DNA of 64,000 nt from Lama guanicoe (Eukaryota): contig MU054166.1 in NCBI GenBank assembly GCA_013239625.1, forward strand, positions 75,319 through 139,318. Reading direction: 5' to 3'. Below the pieces are notes generated by a model. The model made no database searches, was not told where the DNA came from, and was given only the letters and a program-made list of their open reading frames with translations. This document shows positions 24,105 to 38,800 of the stretch, piece by piece; position 1 is the stretch's first letter, and every line of letters starts with the position of its first letter. Both the position numbers and the translations under genes were made by a program.

Positions 24105-27100
24105 CAAAAACAAAAGGCAGAAGGCAGTGGCAAGACATATTGAAAGTCCAGAATGAAAGAAAACTGTTATCTAAGATAATATATCATGTAAGGCTATCCT
24201 TTAGAATACAAGGAGAGATAAATAAACTCCACAGAAGCAAATACTAAAAGTATTTCTCAACAGATAGAGAAATAATGAAATATCTACTCTAAAAATAAAG
24301 AAGCAGGATGCCATAGAAAGGAGAAAGTCATAATTAGGAAGGCAATACCTACGATGATTTACAACAGAATAAACATGATGCTGTAAAACAGGACATCAAA
24401 ATTTTTGAGGATCACAGAGTGAAACAGGACAATACAGTGTATTTTCTTCTTGTTTCTGTTCTCTGTATGATGCGTTTGAGTTTGTATTCCTTCCAGTTAA
24501 TATAAACATATATATTAATGGGTCAATATACATACAAAACAGGGTAACCATAAGTCAAAATCTTACAATGAAGTCACAAAGCCAGAAAAAAACCGTTAAT
24601 AAAAGAAAACTTATAAAACCACAAAAAGAAAAAGAAATGTACAAAAAGGAAATACCAGATCAACTGGAAAATGAAGTTCAAAATGGAAATAAAAGCCAGT
24701 TTAAAAAAATTGTTACAAATGGTAATGAACTTAGTGCTTCTATCAAAAGATATATATTGTCAGATTGGATAATATAACAAGACCCTACATTATGAAGTAT
24801 ACAAGAGACCAACTTTAGAAAGAGGAACACACAACAATTCAAAGTCAGAAGATGGAAAAATTTACTCCATGCAGATGAACATGACAAGGAAACAGGACTA
24901 ACAGTACTGACTTCACACAAAATAGACTTTACAAGAAAAGCCATAGAGAAAGATAAAGAAGGACATGATATAATGATTAAAGGAGCAATAAAAAATGAGG
25001 GTATTATACTAATTAATATATATGCATTGAATATAGAAACACCTAAATATATAAAGAAAATACTAACAGATAAATGGGGACAAATCGATGGGAAAACAAT
25101 CACAGAAGGAGAATATAACTCCCCATTACCATCACTAGACTGGTCTTTCAGACAGAAAATTAATAAGGGAACAAAGATACTAAAAGATATGATAAAAAAT
25201 TGGATTTGGTTGATAATTTCAAAACACTACTTCTCCCCAAAACAGAATATAAATTCTTTTCCAGTGCACATGGAACATTTTCTAGGAAAGTTTATGTACT
25301 GAGGCACAGAAGAAGCCTCAATAAATTTAAGAAGATAAAAATTATTTCAAGCATCTTTTCTCAGTATAATACCATGAAACAAGGAATCAATTACAGTAAA
25401 ACAGGGAGAAAACATGACAGCATGTAAATTAAAAACATGGTAGTAAAACAATGGGGGGAGGTGATGAATTAAAAGAAGAAATTAAAAAATATCTTGAGAA
25501 ATATGACACAACACTACACAAAGTCTATGGAATACAGTTAAAGCAGGCTTAAGAGGGATGTTCATAGTGACAAGGTCCGCTTCAAAGTAGAAGAGAAATT
25601 TCAAATAAATAATCTAACGTTCTATGTAAACTAATCATGAAGAGAAGAGCAAACAAAACCAAAAGTCAGCAGAAAGTGGGAAAATAAAGATCAAAGGAGA
25701 AAGAATTGAAATAAAGATTAAAAATAGAAAAAATTAATCAAACAGTTTCTTGAAATATTCAACAACACTGACAAATCTCAGGACAGACTCACCAACGTGA
25801 AAAGAGAGAGAATAAAAAAACATAAGAAATGAAATTGGGGAAACTGCAAAGAGTATATCAAATTTGCAAAATATCATAAGGGATTACCATAAGCAACTGC
25901 ATGGAAACAAACTGGATAACCTAGAAGAAATGGAGAAGTTTCTGGAAACATTCAGCCCACCATTATTGCATCAAGAAGAAATTGAACATTTGAACAGACA
26001 GATCACCAGAAATGGAATAGAATTATCAATAAAATAAAAATCTGCAAACAAAAATTCAGACCCAAATAGATTCACCGGGAAATTTGTCCAAACGTACAAA
26101 GAAAAGTCCATGCCAGTCCTCCTCAAACACTTCCAAAATATTGATATGGAATGAGTACACACAAACTCACACCATAAGGCCAACATCAACCTGATAACAA
26201 AACCAAAGACACTACCTAAAAAGAAAACTCTAGGCCAATATCATTGATAAACATACATGTAAAAGTCCTTAAGCAATTATTAACAAACAGAATCCAACAG
26301 CATGTAGAAAAAGATCATACACCATTATCAAGTTAGGTTCATCCCAGGAACACAAGGATGGTGTAACATATGCAAATCAATCAATCAATTGTGGTAAACC
26401 ATATCAAAAAGAGAGGAATCCACATGATAATCTCAGTAGATGCAGAAAAACATTTGATAACATTTAACACCTATCTGCTAAGAAAGTTCTTATCACAGTG
26501 GGTACAGAGGGACCATATCTCAACATAATAATAGCTATTTATGACATAGAGTCAGAAAAATACTCAATGGTGAAAAACTGAAACCCTTCTCACAAAAACC
26601 TGAGACAAGACAAGGTGGCCCGTTCTCACAATTTCAATTAAATATAGTCTTGGAAGTCCTAGCAACAATGATCAGGCAAGAAAATTTGATTTCCTATCAA
26701 ATTATGAAAAACATTTCTTTTTAGGACTGAAACACATGATCCAAAGATTTACATACAGTCATTAAAAATCCATAGTTTCCTAAGCAATATTGAAGTAAAA
26801 GAAAGAGGATGGAGGAATAACCCACCAGGTCTCCATACACTATTGCAGAACTACCATAATCAAAATTACATGATATTGGTAAAGAAAAAGGCATATGGAA
26901 CAATGGAGCAGAATAAAGAGCCTAGGAATAAATCTACAGGCATATGTTAAATTAATATTTGACAGAGTAGCCAGGAATATGACAGAGAAAAGACCATTTC
27001 TTCTCCAACTGGTGTTGGGAAAACTGGATAGCAGCATGCAGAGCAATGGAGTTAGAACATTCCTTCAATGCATACACAAGAATAAACCCAAAATGGCTTG

Positions 27101-28365
27101 AAGACTTAAATATAAGCAAGACACAGTAAATCTCCTAGAAGAAAATATATGGAAAACACTCTGAGGTAAATCTCAGCAATGATCTCCAAGAATAGACTAC
27201 CTAGGTAATGGATGTAAGAACAAAATTAATAAATGGGACCTAATAAAACTTATAAGCTTTTGCACAGCAAAGGAAACCATAAACAAAGCAAAATGACAAC
27301 CTACAGGTTTAAGGAAAATATTTAGAAGTGATGCTACTGACAAAGTCTTAATTTCCAAAATATAAAGACTTCATACAACCTAATAATAATAAAAAACAAG
27401 AAACCAAATCTGAAAATGGGCAGAAGCCCTAAACATGAAATTCTCCAATAGAGACATTCAAATGACACACAGATATATGAAAAAACAAAAAAAAAATCTT
27501 CACTATCATTATTAGAGAAGGGCAATTCAAAACTTTAATGAAGAATCACTTCACAGTAGTCACAATGTCCATCATTCAAAAGTCCACAAACGATAAATGC
27601 TGGGGAAGCTGTGGAGAAAGGGAACATTCCTACACTGTTAGTAGGAATATAGTTTGGTGCAGTGATTTTGGAAACCAGGATGGGGATTCCTCTAATGGAT
27701 AAAAATTAACTTAACATAAGATCCAGGAATCCCACTTCTGGGTATATATCAAAGGGAACCCTATTTCAAATAGACACCTGCACCCCAATGTCCTTAGCAG
27801 TGCTATATACAACAGCCAAAACATGGATGCAACCTAATTGTCCAACAACTGATGACAGTATTCAGAAGTTATGCCGTATTTACACAATGGAATAATATTC
27901 TGCAATAAAAAATAATAAAACAATGACATTTGCAGCAAAATGGATGTCCCCAAAAAGTGTCATTCTAATTGAAGTAAGCCAGAAAAAGAAAGAAATATAA
28001 TACATGACATTACATATGAAGAAGCTTAAAAATATATTTGGATGAGACTCTATGATTTCATCTACAAAACTGAAACACACTCGCAGATCTACTATACAAT
28101 TTTATGATTACTGCGGAAAGGGGTTGCAAGAGGATATATTTGGGAGCTGTATATTTATAAATGTTATCCACTATATATAAAAACAGATGTTTTCAAAATT
28201 TCTTTTGTATGACACAGGGCAGTGTATTATATAACGTGAAGTAATGTTTTATAGGAACAGAAATATATGCATGTACGGGGACACTATGCAATACACCAAA
28301 GATTGACACATGGTAAATGGCATATTTCAATGATAAATAAATGAATAAATATGTAAACAAACAAA

Positions 28366-28400
<35 letters not shown>

Positions 28401-28420
28401 GTAATATTTAATAATAAAAG
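24105..28420 (+). mobile_element. LINE-1, 5'-truncated within ORF1, through ORF2 to the 3'UTR and a (TAAA)n tail
   Basis: ORF1 end 'ggcagaaggcagtggcaagacatatt' (ARRQWQDI). ORF2 endonuclease 'MIKGAIKNEGIILINIYALN...PKYIKKILTD'. 3'UTR 'attgacacatggtaaatgg'. Carries a ~416-nt internal deletion near 26685. Confidence 0.92.
28333..28400 (+). repeat. (TAAA)n microsatellite derived from the L1 poly(A) tail
   Basis: Directly visible; the paralogue is at ~62804-62870. Confidence 0.9.
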
Positions 28421-28424
28421 AAAT

Positions 28425-29275
28425 ACAAAGATTCGCACTACTTAACTTTACATGTCAAGAATCTAGGAGAAAAGAGAAAGAATAAAGAAGAAAATTGAAT
28501 CAATGACAGTAAGGCAAATAACAAGAAAAACAATTAAAAAGATAAAAAAACAAAGTCTGTTTTTTTTAAACATAACGTGGACAAAAGTTTAGGTTGGCTA
28601 AGAAAATAAAAACTCAAATAAAATTAGAAATTATAGTGAAGATATTACCACTGATGTTGTAGAGATGCATTGCATCATAAGATATTAACACTAGCCAACG
28701 ATTTGAATGACCTAGAACAAAAGACAAATTCCCAGAATTATATGTCTTCCAATACTGAATCAAGAAGGAATTAGAAAGTTAAATACAGCAAAAGTGTATA
28801 TGAGTAAATCAGTAATCCAAACCTACCAAACCAGAAAAAATTTACAAGGTGACTTTACTGATGAATTCTGTCATACATTTGAAGACAATTTTTCACCAAT
28901 TCTTCCAAAAATCTTCCAAGAATTTGAAGGGGGTGAAAGAATCCAAAGTTGTTTTATGATTCCTGCTTTATTTGCATAACAAATCTAGAAAGGACATCAG
29001 ATGCAAAATATAGAACATTATCCCTGATAAACATATGTGCCAAAATTCTCAACAAAACACAAGCAAAATGAATTCAACAATTAATATATCATACACATAC
29101 ATGAGTAAAGGGAATTATCCCTGGGTTTAAGGATACTTCAAAATATTCAGATCAATAAAGGTGAAATGCCACACGAATAGAATGAGAAATAAAACTCACA
29201 TAATCATTTCAATAGGTGCAAAAAGAGAATTGTATATAATGCAACATACTTTAAGATACTCCCAACTAATTAAAT
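28425..29275 (+). mobile_element. Old LINE-1 ORF2 fragment
   Basis: 'aaattagaaattatagtgaagatattaccactgat', 'FTDEFCHTFED..SPILPKIFQ', 'NKTHIIISIGAK'; the paralogue is at ~62900-63755. Confidence 0.8.
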
Positions 29276-29281
29276 TAACCC

Positions 29282-29714
29282 TGTCAGTGGCACAATATCA
29301 TATACACATAAAACGCTGTGTGGTGAGAAGTGGAGAAGTTCTCTTTTTATTAATTCTTAGAAAATGGGTTTATGTAACATGTACAATGCCTCACATATAA
29401 TCTAAGTGACTACAATGTTAATAATCTTAAGCTAATTATGTCCCCAAGCTCCAGCAGTCATCACAGGATGTTAAATGATCAAGGATTGTTTTAAAGTTCA
29501 TCACGGAACTTCATTAAATTGGCCATCTCTTATCCAGCCGGCTGTGCCTGTCTTAGGTTGTCCTCCTCTGAGTATCTTACCCAGTATAGGCTATACAGCC
29601 ATCCATACTGGATACAATGAGCAGGCCATTTCTTATCCAGCCTGGATATGTGACATTCCTCACAGCTTGTTTATCAGTTCAGACCATGGGCTTATTCTCT
29701 AGAGCCTTCAGACA
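29282..29714 (-). mobile_element. Candidate solo LTR (ERV2/ERVK-like architecture)
   Basis: 433-bp non-L1 segment bounded by TGTC...GACA, with a minus-strand AATAAA at ~29345-29350. The paralogue reads TATAAA about 15 nt before AATAAA on the minus strand (63855->63825). Internal direct repeat 'ggccat(c/t)tcttatccagcc' at 29521 and 29623. No target-site duplication seen. Confidence 0.5.
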
Positions 29715-29784
29715 GGAGACCACAAACCCAATATCCCTTGACAGAAAAATGGATGAAGAAAATTTGATGTATATATGCAATGGA

Positions 29785-32700
29785 AACAATACTTTGCATT
29801 CCTATCAACATTGTCCACGTTGCCCATTTTTCTCCACAATCTCACCAACATTTATTTCTTTTCTTTTTGATGAGAAGTTCTGACAATTGTATGGACTTGT
29901 CTCATTTTTGGTTTATGATTTTCCTAATAATTTATAACTCTGAAAATATTTTCATGTGTCATTTATCCAACTGTATTTTTTCTAACAATAATTGATTCAA
30001 ATCTATATATTCATTTCCTATGGACATTTTTTTAATTTGATTGTTTGGTCTTTTTTGTTGTTTTTATGGGGTAAGAGTTTGACATAAAATTGGATATTAA
30101 CACTTGATTGGAGAATATCACTTACAAATATATTCTCCCTATGTCTTGGTTGAATTTTCAATTTAATCATTTCTTCTGCAGTGTAAAACTGTTTAGAGTG
30201 ATACAATCATATTTTCTTAGTTTTGCTTCTGCTTCCCTTGTCAGAGTAGACAAATGTAGAATCAATTTAAGTCCAATGTCAGAGTGTACTTCTTATGTTT
30301 TACCCTAGTATACTTTGTTGTCAGGTTTTATGCTTTAAATGCCCAGGAGTGGGATTGCTGGGTCATATGATAGGTCTATCTTAATTATTTAAAGGAACTT
30401 CCATACTATTTCCAAAGTGCTTGCACCAATTTTCATTCCCACCCACAGCGTTGGAGAGTCCCTTTTTTCTGCACAACTTCCCCAGTCTTTATTATTTGTA
30501 GACATATGTAGACATTTTATGACAGCCCTTCTCAGGAGTGTGATGTAAAACATTATTTAATTTTTGTCTTGCATTTGTATAATGATTAGCTATGTGAGCA
30601 TGTTTTTAAGTTTCTGATTGACATCTGTGTGTCTTCTTCAGAGAATTGTCTTCTGCTAATTTTCTGGCTGAGTTGTTTGTAGATTTTTGAAATGGAGTTG
30701 TATGAACGAAGTGTGTATTTTAGAAATTAGCCTCTTGTTGATAACATTGTTTCCTAATGTTTTCTCCCATTTGGAATTTCATCTTTTCATATTGTTTATT
30801 TTGCTGTGTAGAAGGTTTTAAGTTTAACTAGGACCTATTTGATTATTTTGCTTTTATTGTTTTCAGCTTGGGAGATTGACATAAGAAAATTTCGCTGCAA
30901 TTTATGTCTTGTTTTGCCTATGTTAATTTTCAGGAGTTTTATTGTGTCATGTATTAGATTGAGATATTTAAAACATTTTGAGTTTATTTCTGTACAGTGT
31001 GATGGAGTGTTCTAATTCCATTGATTAACATGTAGCTGTCTAGCTTTCTCAACATCACTTTCTGAATACTGCCTTTTAGGCTTTGTATATTTTTGTTTCC
31101 TTTGTCATAGTTTAGTTGACCATAGGTGTAATGTTTTATTTCTGCCTCTGTGTTCTGTTCCAGTGATATAGATGTTTGTTCGTTCTCCAGTATTGTGCTG
31201 ATTTGATTACTGTTTTTGTAATATAGTCTGTGATCTGGGAGGGTTAGGGGTTATGACTCAAACTTTGTTCTTTTTCCTCATTGTTCCTTTTGCAGTTCTG
31301 GTGCTTTTGCAGTCCATACAAATCTTAGGACTGATTTAATTTCTGTGGAAAATACCATGTAGTTCAATCTTGAATCACTTTATNNNNNNNNNNNNNNNNN
31401 NNNNNNNNNNNNNNNNNNNNNNNNNNNNNNNNNNNNNNNNNNNNNNNNNNNNNNNNNNNNNNNNNNNNNNNNNNNNNNNNNNNNNNNNNNNNNNNNNNNN
31501 NNNNNNNNNNNNNNNNNNNNNNNNNNNNNNNNNNNNNNNNNNNNNNNNNNNNNNNNNNNNNNNNNNNNNNNNNNNNNNNNNNNNNNNNNNNNNNNNNNNN
31601 NNNNNNNNNNNNNNNNNNNNNNNNNNNNNNNNNNNNNNNNNNNNNNNNNNNNNNNNNNNNNNNNNNNNNNNNNTGGTGTGGAGAATCTTTAGTGTTCTCT
31701 ATATAGATTATCATGTCATCTAAAATAATAACAGTTTTACTTCATTCAATCCAACTTGAATAAGTTATTTTCTTGTCTGATTGTTGTTGCTAGGACTTCC
31801 CATACTGTGTTTAATAGAAATGATGAGAGGGGGCATCCTTTCCTTATTCCTTAATTTGACTTTCAGTTATTCACTTTTGCATATTATGTTGTCTGTGTGT
31901 CAGTTATTAAAGACTTTATTTATGTTGAGATATATTCCCTGAATCCTAATTTGGCAAGAGGTTTCTGTTGTTGGTTTTTCTGCTTTATTTTTGTTGCTGT
32001 TGTTGCTGCTATTGTAATGAATAAAAGTTGAATTTTCTGAAATGTTTTTATGGATTTATTGGGATGATCACGTCATTTTCCCTTTTACTTTTGTTAATGT
32101 GGTGTATCAAACTGATTGATTTCATGTATTTTCCACCACTCTTATGTCCCTTCAATGAATTAAATTTGATCATAGCGTATAATTCATTTTAAGTATTGCT
32201 GGATTTAGTTTGCTAATGATAATTTTTAGAATTTTTCCATCTTTGTCAATCAAAGATTTTGGCTTGAAATTCTCTTTGCTTCTACTTTGTTTGTTGGCTT
32301 TGCTATCAGGGTGATAAAATCTTCATGGAATTAATTTGGGATTTTCCAACATCTTCACTATTTTTGAATAGTTTGAAGAGTATATGTTCTGCTTTGTGTT
32401 TTTTTACAGTTTTCCAAGGGAGCTTTTTAAATCAGCACTAACGTTTAAAGATTTTTTATAATGCAGATTTTTTCTTTCTTCTAGTAGACAGTTTGTTCAA
32501 ATTATTTGTTTCTCCTTATCCCTTTCTCTTTCTAGACATTTGTTTGTTTCTTCTAAGTTGTTCAGTTTATTGGCATGTAAGTATAGACATAATGATCACT
32601 TTTTTGTATATCTGAGGGAAGAATTGTTATTTCTCCACATTTATTTCTGACTTTATTTCTTTGGAGCTTCCTTCTTTTCTTCATGATGCACCTGGCTAGA

Positions 32701-32815
32701 GTTTTTTTGATTATGCTTATATTAAAAAGAAAACAAAACAAAATCTTTGGTTTTACTACTCTTTTGCATATTTGCTTTTCTCTCTAATTTATATTTAATC
32801 CTGTAATATTTAGGT
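29785..32815 (-). mobile_element. Two adjacent older LINE-1 fragments (~29785-30335 and ~30338-32815; 3' region and ORF2)
   Basis: 'atgcccaggagtgggattgctgggtcatatg', 'gctaggacttcccatactgtgtt', 'MIIYIENTKDS'; interrupted by the gap at 31384-31673. Confidence 0.85.
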
Positions 32816-35800
32816 TTTTTCTTTCTTTTTTAATTTTTTTATTTATTTTTAATCCTTTTACAAGGTTTCCTCAAATTCAAATTTAGAGCACAATTTTTTA
32901 GTTACAATGATCATATATACATTTGTTATCCCATTTTTTCCCCTGTGAGCTGCTGTAAGATTGTTTATATATTTCCCTGTGCTATTCAGTACAATCCTGT
33001 TTATTTATTCTACAGTTTTGACTTCCCAGCCTATCTCTTCCCACACCCCACCCACTTGGCAATCAAAATTTTGTATTCTCTGCCTGCGAGTCTTTCTCTG
33101 TTTTGTATTTATGCATTTTTTGTTTGGTTTGGTTTGGTTTTTAGATTCCACACATGAGCCTTCTCATATGGTATTTTTCTTTCTCTTTCTCTCTTACTTC
33201 ACTTAAACTGATTTTCTCCAGGAGCATCCATGTTCCTGAAAATGGCATTATGTTGTCAGTTTATAAGATTGACTACTAATCCATTGAATAAATATACCAC
33301 CTCTTCTTTATCTAGTCAACTGTCAATGGACATTTAGGTTGTTTCCATGTCTTGGCTATTGTACATAATGCTGGCTATGATCATTGGTGTGCAGGTGCCA
33401 TCCTGAAGTAGGATTTATGCCCAGGAGCGGGATTCCTGGGTCAAATGATAAATCTATTCCTTGGCTTTTGAGGAATCTCCATCCTGTTTTCCACAGTGGC
33501 TGCACCAAACTGCATTGCCACCAGCAGTGAAGGATGGTTCCCTTTACTCCACAGCCTCTCCAGCATTTGTCATTTGTGGATTTTTGAATGATGGCCATTC
33601 TGACTGGTGTGAAGTGATATCTCATTGCAGTTTTGATTTGCATTTCTCTGATAATCAGTGATATTGAGCATTTTCTTTTGTGCCTTTTGATCATTTGTAT
33701 GTCTTCCTTGGAGAATTGCTTAATTAGGTCTTCTGCTCAATTTTGGATTGGGTTGTTTATTTTTTCTTATTCTTTGGATGATCTGCTTACATACTCTGGA
33801 GATCAAGCTTTTGACGGTTTCAAATGCATATTTTTTCCCATTCCGTATGTTGTCTTGTTCTTTTACTTCCGGCGTCTTTACTTAGCAGAAGCTTGTAAGT
33901 TTCATTATGTCTCATTTGTTTATTCTTGCTTTTATTTCTTCTACGAGAAAATATTTGAGACGTATGTCAGATAACATTTTGTCTATATTTTCCTCTTGGA
34001 GGTTTATTGTATCTTGTCTTATGTTTAAGTCTTTGATCCATTCTGAGTTTATTTTTGTGTATGTTGTTCTAGCTTCATTAGGAATATTCTAGCTGCATTG
34101 AATTACATGCTACTGTCCAGTTTTCCAAACACCAGTTGCTGAAGGGACTATATCTTTTCCATTGTAATTTCTTGCCTCCTTTTATCGAAGATTAATTGAC
34201 CAATCGTTTTTGGGTTAATTTCTAGGCTCTCTATGCTGTGCTATTGGCCTATATGAATGTTTGTCTACCAATAAAGTGCTGTCATGTTGAATTTAGCTCT
34301 ATAGTATTATCTGAATCATTAGCGCAAAAAAATTCCACTGATATTTGTACCTTAATCTGGTAACCTGCTACCTTGCTGAATTCTTTGATCAGCTGTAGAA
34401 AATTCATTGTGGATCTTGTAGGGTTTTCTATAAACAGTAACATATTATCTGCATATAGTTACACTTTTATCTCTTCCTTTCCAATTTGCATCCCTTTTAC
34501 TTCTCTCTCTTGTTTGATTGCTGTGGCTAGGACTTCCAAGACTATCTTGAGTAGGAGTTGTGTTAGTGTGCATCCTTTTACTGTCCCAGATTTTAGTAGG
34601 AAGAATTTGACTTTCTCATCTTTGAGTACTATGGTGTCTGTAGGTTTGTTATCTATTGCTTTCATGATGCTGAAATATATTCCCTCTATGCCCACATTGG
34701 TGAGAGTTCTTATCATACATGGGTGTTGAATTTTACCAAATGCTTTTCCTGCATCTATTGAGATGATCATGTGGTTATGGTTCTTTCACTTGTTGATGTG
34801 CTGTTTTACATTGATTAATTTGCATAAGTTGAACCACCCCTGTGTCACTGGCATGATCCCCACTTTGTCATGATATATAATGTTTTTTCTGTGTTGTTGG
34901 ATTCTATTTGTTACTATTTTGGTGAGGATATTGGCGTCTGGGTTCATCAGTGATATTGGCCTATAATCCTCTTTTTTGGTAGTGTCTTTGCCTGGTTGTG
35001 GTATCAGGGTGATTGTGGCTTCATAGAATGTCTTTGGGAGTATTCCTTCTTTTCAATATTCTGGAAGAGTTTGAGAAGGCCTGGTATGAGTTCTTCTGTG
35101 TTTGTTTGGTAGAATTCTGCTGTGTATCCATCAGGACCTGGACTGTTATTTGTAGGAAGGTTTCATATTGCTATTTTGATTTCATTTCTAGTGCTCTGTT
35201 TCTTCAAGTGGTCAGTTCCTTCTTGGTTCAATCTTGGTGGACAGTATGTTTCCAGAAACTTGTCCATCTCTTCCAGGTTATACAATTTGTATCCAAATAT
35301 TCTTCATAATATTATCGTATGATATTCTGTATTTCTATTATTTTGTTGTAATTTCTCCATTCTCCTTTCTTATTTTGCTAATTTGTGCTCTCTCTCTTTT
35401 CTTCTTATTTAGTTTGGCCAGAGGCTTTTCGATTTTACTTACTTTTTGGAAAAACTAGATTTTGGATTGGTTAACTTTTTTCCTAAGTTCTTTTTAATCT
35501 CAATTTTATTTATTTCCTCCCCAATATTTATGATTTCCTTCCTTCCACTGCCTTTTGTGATTTTTTGGTCTTGTTTCTCTAGTTCATTCTCCTGGTGGCT
35601 TAAATTGTTTATTTGTCATTGTTCTTTTTTGAGGAACGCCTGTATCGCTATAAACTCCCCTCTAAGGACTGCTTTTGCTGTGTCCCATAAGTTTTGTGGT
35701 GTTTTGCTTTAATTTTCTTTTGTCTCAAGGTACGTTTTCATTTCAGCTTTGATTTCTCATTGACCAATTGGTTTTTTAATAACATATAGTTTAATCCCCA

Positions 35801-38800
35801 TGTTTTCCATTGTTTCTCTGTTTTTGATTTCAAGCTTCATGGCATTGTGGTCAGTAAAGATGCTTCAGGTAATTTCTATCATCTTAAAATTGCTGAGGTT
35901 TCTTTTGTGACCAAGTACATCATGAATCCTGGGAAATGTCCCACGTGCACTTGAAAAGAATGTACATCCTATTTTGGGGGGTTACAATGCTCTGAAAATA
36001 TCCACCAAGTGTAGTATTTCAATTTCTATCGTTTAATTTTTCTGTTGCCTAATATTTTTGTGTCTCAATGATCTGTCCAGTGATGTTAATACATTGTTGA
36101 AATCTACAAACATGATTCCCCCTTTATATCAGTTAGTATTTATTTTATGTACTTAGGTGCTCCTGTATTTGGTGCATATGTATTAAAGAGTGTGTTATCC
36201 TCATATTGTATCACTCCTTCAATCATTATAAAATGTCCTTCTTTATCTTTATGACCTTTGTTTTAAAGAGTATTTTGTCTGAAATCAGTAACGCAACACC
36301 TGTTTTTTCCTTTTCCAATTGTATGAAATACTCTTTACCATCCTTTCACTCTCAATCTATATGTGTCCTTCTCTCTGAAGTGGGTCTTTTGTATGCAGAA
36401 TATTGAAGTTTCATGCTTTATTATTCAGCCTGCCACTCTACGACTTTTGACTGGAGCATTTAGTCCATTAACATTTACAATAATTGATGATAGGCTTGTG
36501 TTTATTGCCAAATTGACCTTATCTGTGTAGTTGATTTAGAATTTCCTCTTTTTTCCATTCATCTTCCTTTAATGGTTTGTCATTTTCCTTCGTATTATCA
36601 TTAATTTTATTTAGTTTTAGTGACTCCCTGATAAGTTATTGTCTTCTTGTTAACCTTTTTTATGTCCATCAGACCATTATCATAACTGAATTTTTTCAAG
36701 TGATAGAAACATGATCTCACACCCATCCTACCGAGAACAAAATATTTTTAAATGAAAGACAAAAAAAAACAATTCTCTATTTTCCTGCCTCCCTCTCCCA
36801 CTCTAAATTATTTGTATGTCTTCTTTTAAAATTTTGTGTTTATTTTATTTGTAATTCATGAGTTATCACCTTTCCAGGTGTGAGTTTCACATTTCTGTAG
36901 CATCCTGCAGCTTTTTTTGTAGAGAAAACCTTTCAATACTTCTTTTAGCATGGGTCTAGTGTTGCTAATTCTTAAAGATTTTTCTTGTCAGTGAAATCCA
37001 TTATTTCTACATCAGCCAAAAAGTATAGCATTGTTGGTCAATGTATCCTACAGTATATAATTTTTTCCATTCANNNNNNNNNNNNNNNNNNNNNNNNNNN
37101 NNNNNNNNNNNNNNNNNNNNNNNNNNNNNNNNNNNNNNNNNNNNNNNNNNNNNNNNNNNNNNNNNNNNNNNNNNNNNNNNNNNNNNNNNNNNNNNNNNNN
37201 NNNNNNNNNNNNNNNNNNNNNNNNNNNNNNNNNNNNNNNNNNNNNNNNNNNATCTTAGTGTTATTTCTGTTCTTCTTGTTTGGGACACTCTGAGCTTCCT
37301 GTACTTGGATATCTGATTCCTTATTTAAGTTTTGGAAGTTCTCAGTCATGATTTCTACAAAAACCTTTGCAATCCCCTTTGATCATTCTTCCCCTACTTG
37401 GACTTCTATCATGCCAAGATTGTCATGCTTTCTATTATCTCATAGGTCCCTTATGCTTTTTTCATTTGTTTCTCATTGTTTCTCTTGTAGCTCTTCTGAT
37501 TGGGAGCTTTCTATTTCCCTGTCTTCTAAGTCACTAATTCATTCCTCTGCGTTATCTAGTCAGATTTTCTACACCTTTAAATCATTCCTCATCTCAGTCA
37601 ACGTGTTTACCTATTCTTCTCGACACTTCCTTATAGCTTCAATTTCATTTTTGACATATTTTGTATCTCTAAGCACTATCTCTTTAATTTCCTTCTGTAA
37701 TTTGATCACTCCGTTTTTGAAATCTTGATCTAGTTGGATATCGATGTCTATTTCACCGATCGTTCTTTCAGGGGATTTCTCTTTTTCGTTTAATTGGGGA
37801 TGGTTTCTCTGCTTCTTCAACTTTCTACTACCTCTCTGGCACTGTGGTTTATGGAGTATCAGTTATCTAATTTGGACCTAAAGAGTTTATCTACCTAAAG
37901 CCTATGTAGTTATACAACTTCGAAAAGAGAAAAAAGTGAGAGAGAGTTAAAGAATTTTAAAGATGAGAGAAATAAANNNNNNNNNNNNNNNNNNNNNNNN
38001 NNNNNNNNNNNNNNNNNNNNNNNNNNNNNNNNNNNNNNNNNNNNNNNNNNNNNNNNNNNNNNNNNNNNNNNNNNNNNNNNNNNNNNNNNNNNNNNNNNNN
38101 NNNNNNNNNNNNNNNNNNNNNNNNNNNNNNNNNNNNNNNNNNNNNNNNNNNNNNNNNNNNNNNNNNNTACAAGGGTGATTGTCCTCCTGGAGACTGTGTA
38201 CTTTTAATGTGAATTCTTTCTTTATTCATCCTGATTTGGAAGCTCAGCTTGTTGTTTCCAGAGGTCCTCCACTGGAGCCCTCATCTGTGCTGCTCCCAGG
38301 GCATGTCGGCAAACAGATCGCTCCTACACCCTACACTGGGTATGATGAAGTTCTCTTCTCTATGGGCTGGCTTGACAATTCCCTGACCGATGCTACAGTC
38401 AGATGTTGCAGAATGACCAGGCATGATTGGGCATCATGCCCTCTCTGAGCACCACCGTAAGGGGCTGTATTCTAGCCCAAAATTTGAGGGGCCACCCGTC
38501 CTCTCAGATTGCTGATCACTCTGCTGCTCTGTGCCACTGTACGCTCTGCCACAGGTTTGCACACCGGAAGTGGGCTCAGGGAAGACTGAGGAACAGCCCT
38601 GTCCCTGATCTGGGCCAAAATCCAGCTCCTTGTTTGTCTTGTCAGACAAGTTCTCTGAGGAACCAGAAAGTAGAATCCTATATGCCTCAGGATTTAGACA
38701 AGTCTCGGTCTGACCCTTGAGGCTGCTAAGTCCTTAGGTGTAGATGCAGGTATTTTCCACACTGCCACATTGGTGTAAAGCACCAGAGGGTATGGTGGCT

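Larger units (their letters stand above)
1..34150 (+). repeat. Tandem segmental duplication (amplicon) unit, copy 1, ~34.2 kb; phase set arbitrarily by the window start
   Basis: Collinear anchors to copy 2: 8 'cattgtattttcttg' = ~34160; L1 5' end 5268 = 39437; HSFY acceptor 20547 = 54502; ~29500 'catcacggaacttcattaa' = ~63980. Offsets are 33955-34480. Spot checks: 13/120 mismatches (19861 vs 53816) and 12/100 (16921 vs 50870). Confidence 0.95.
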
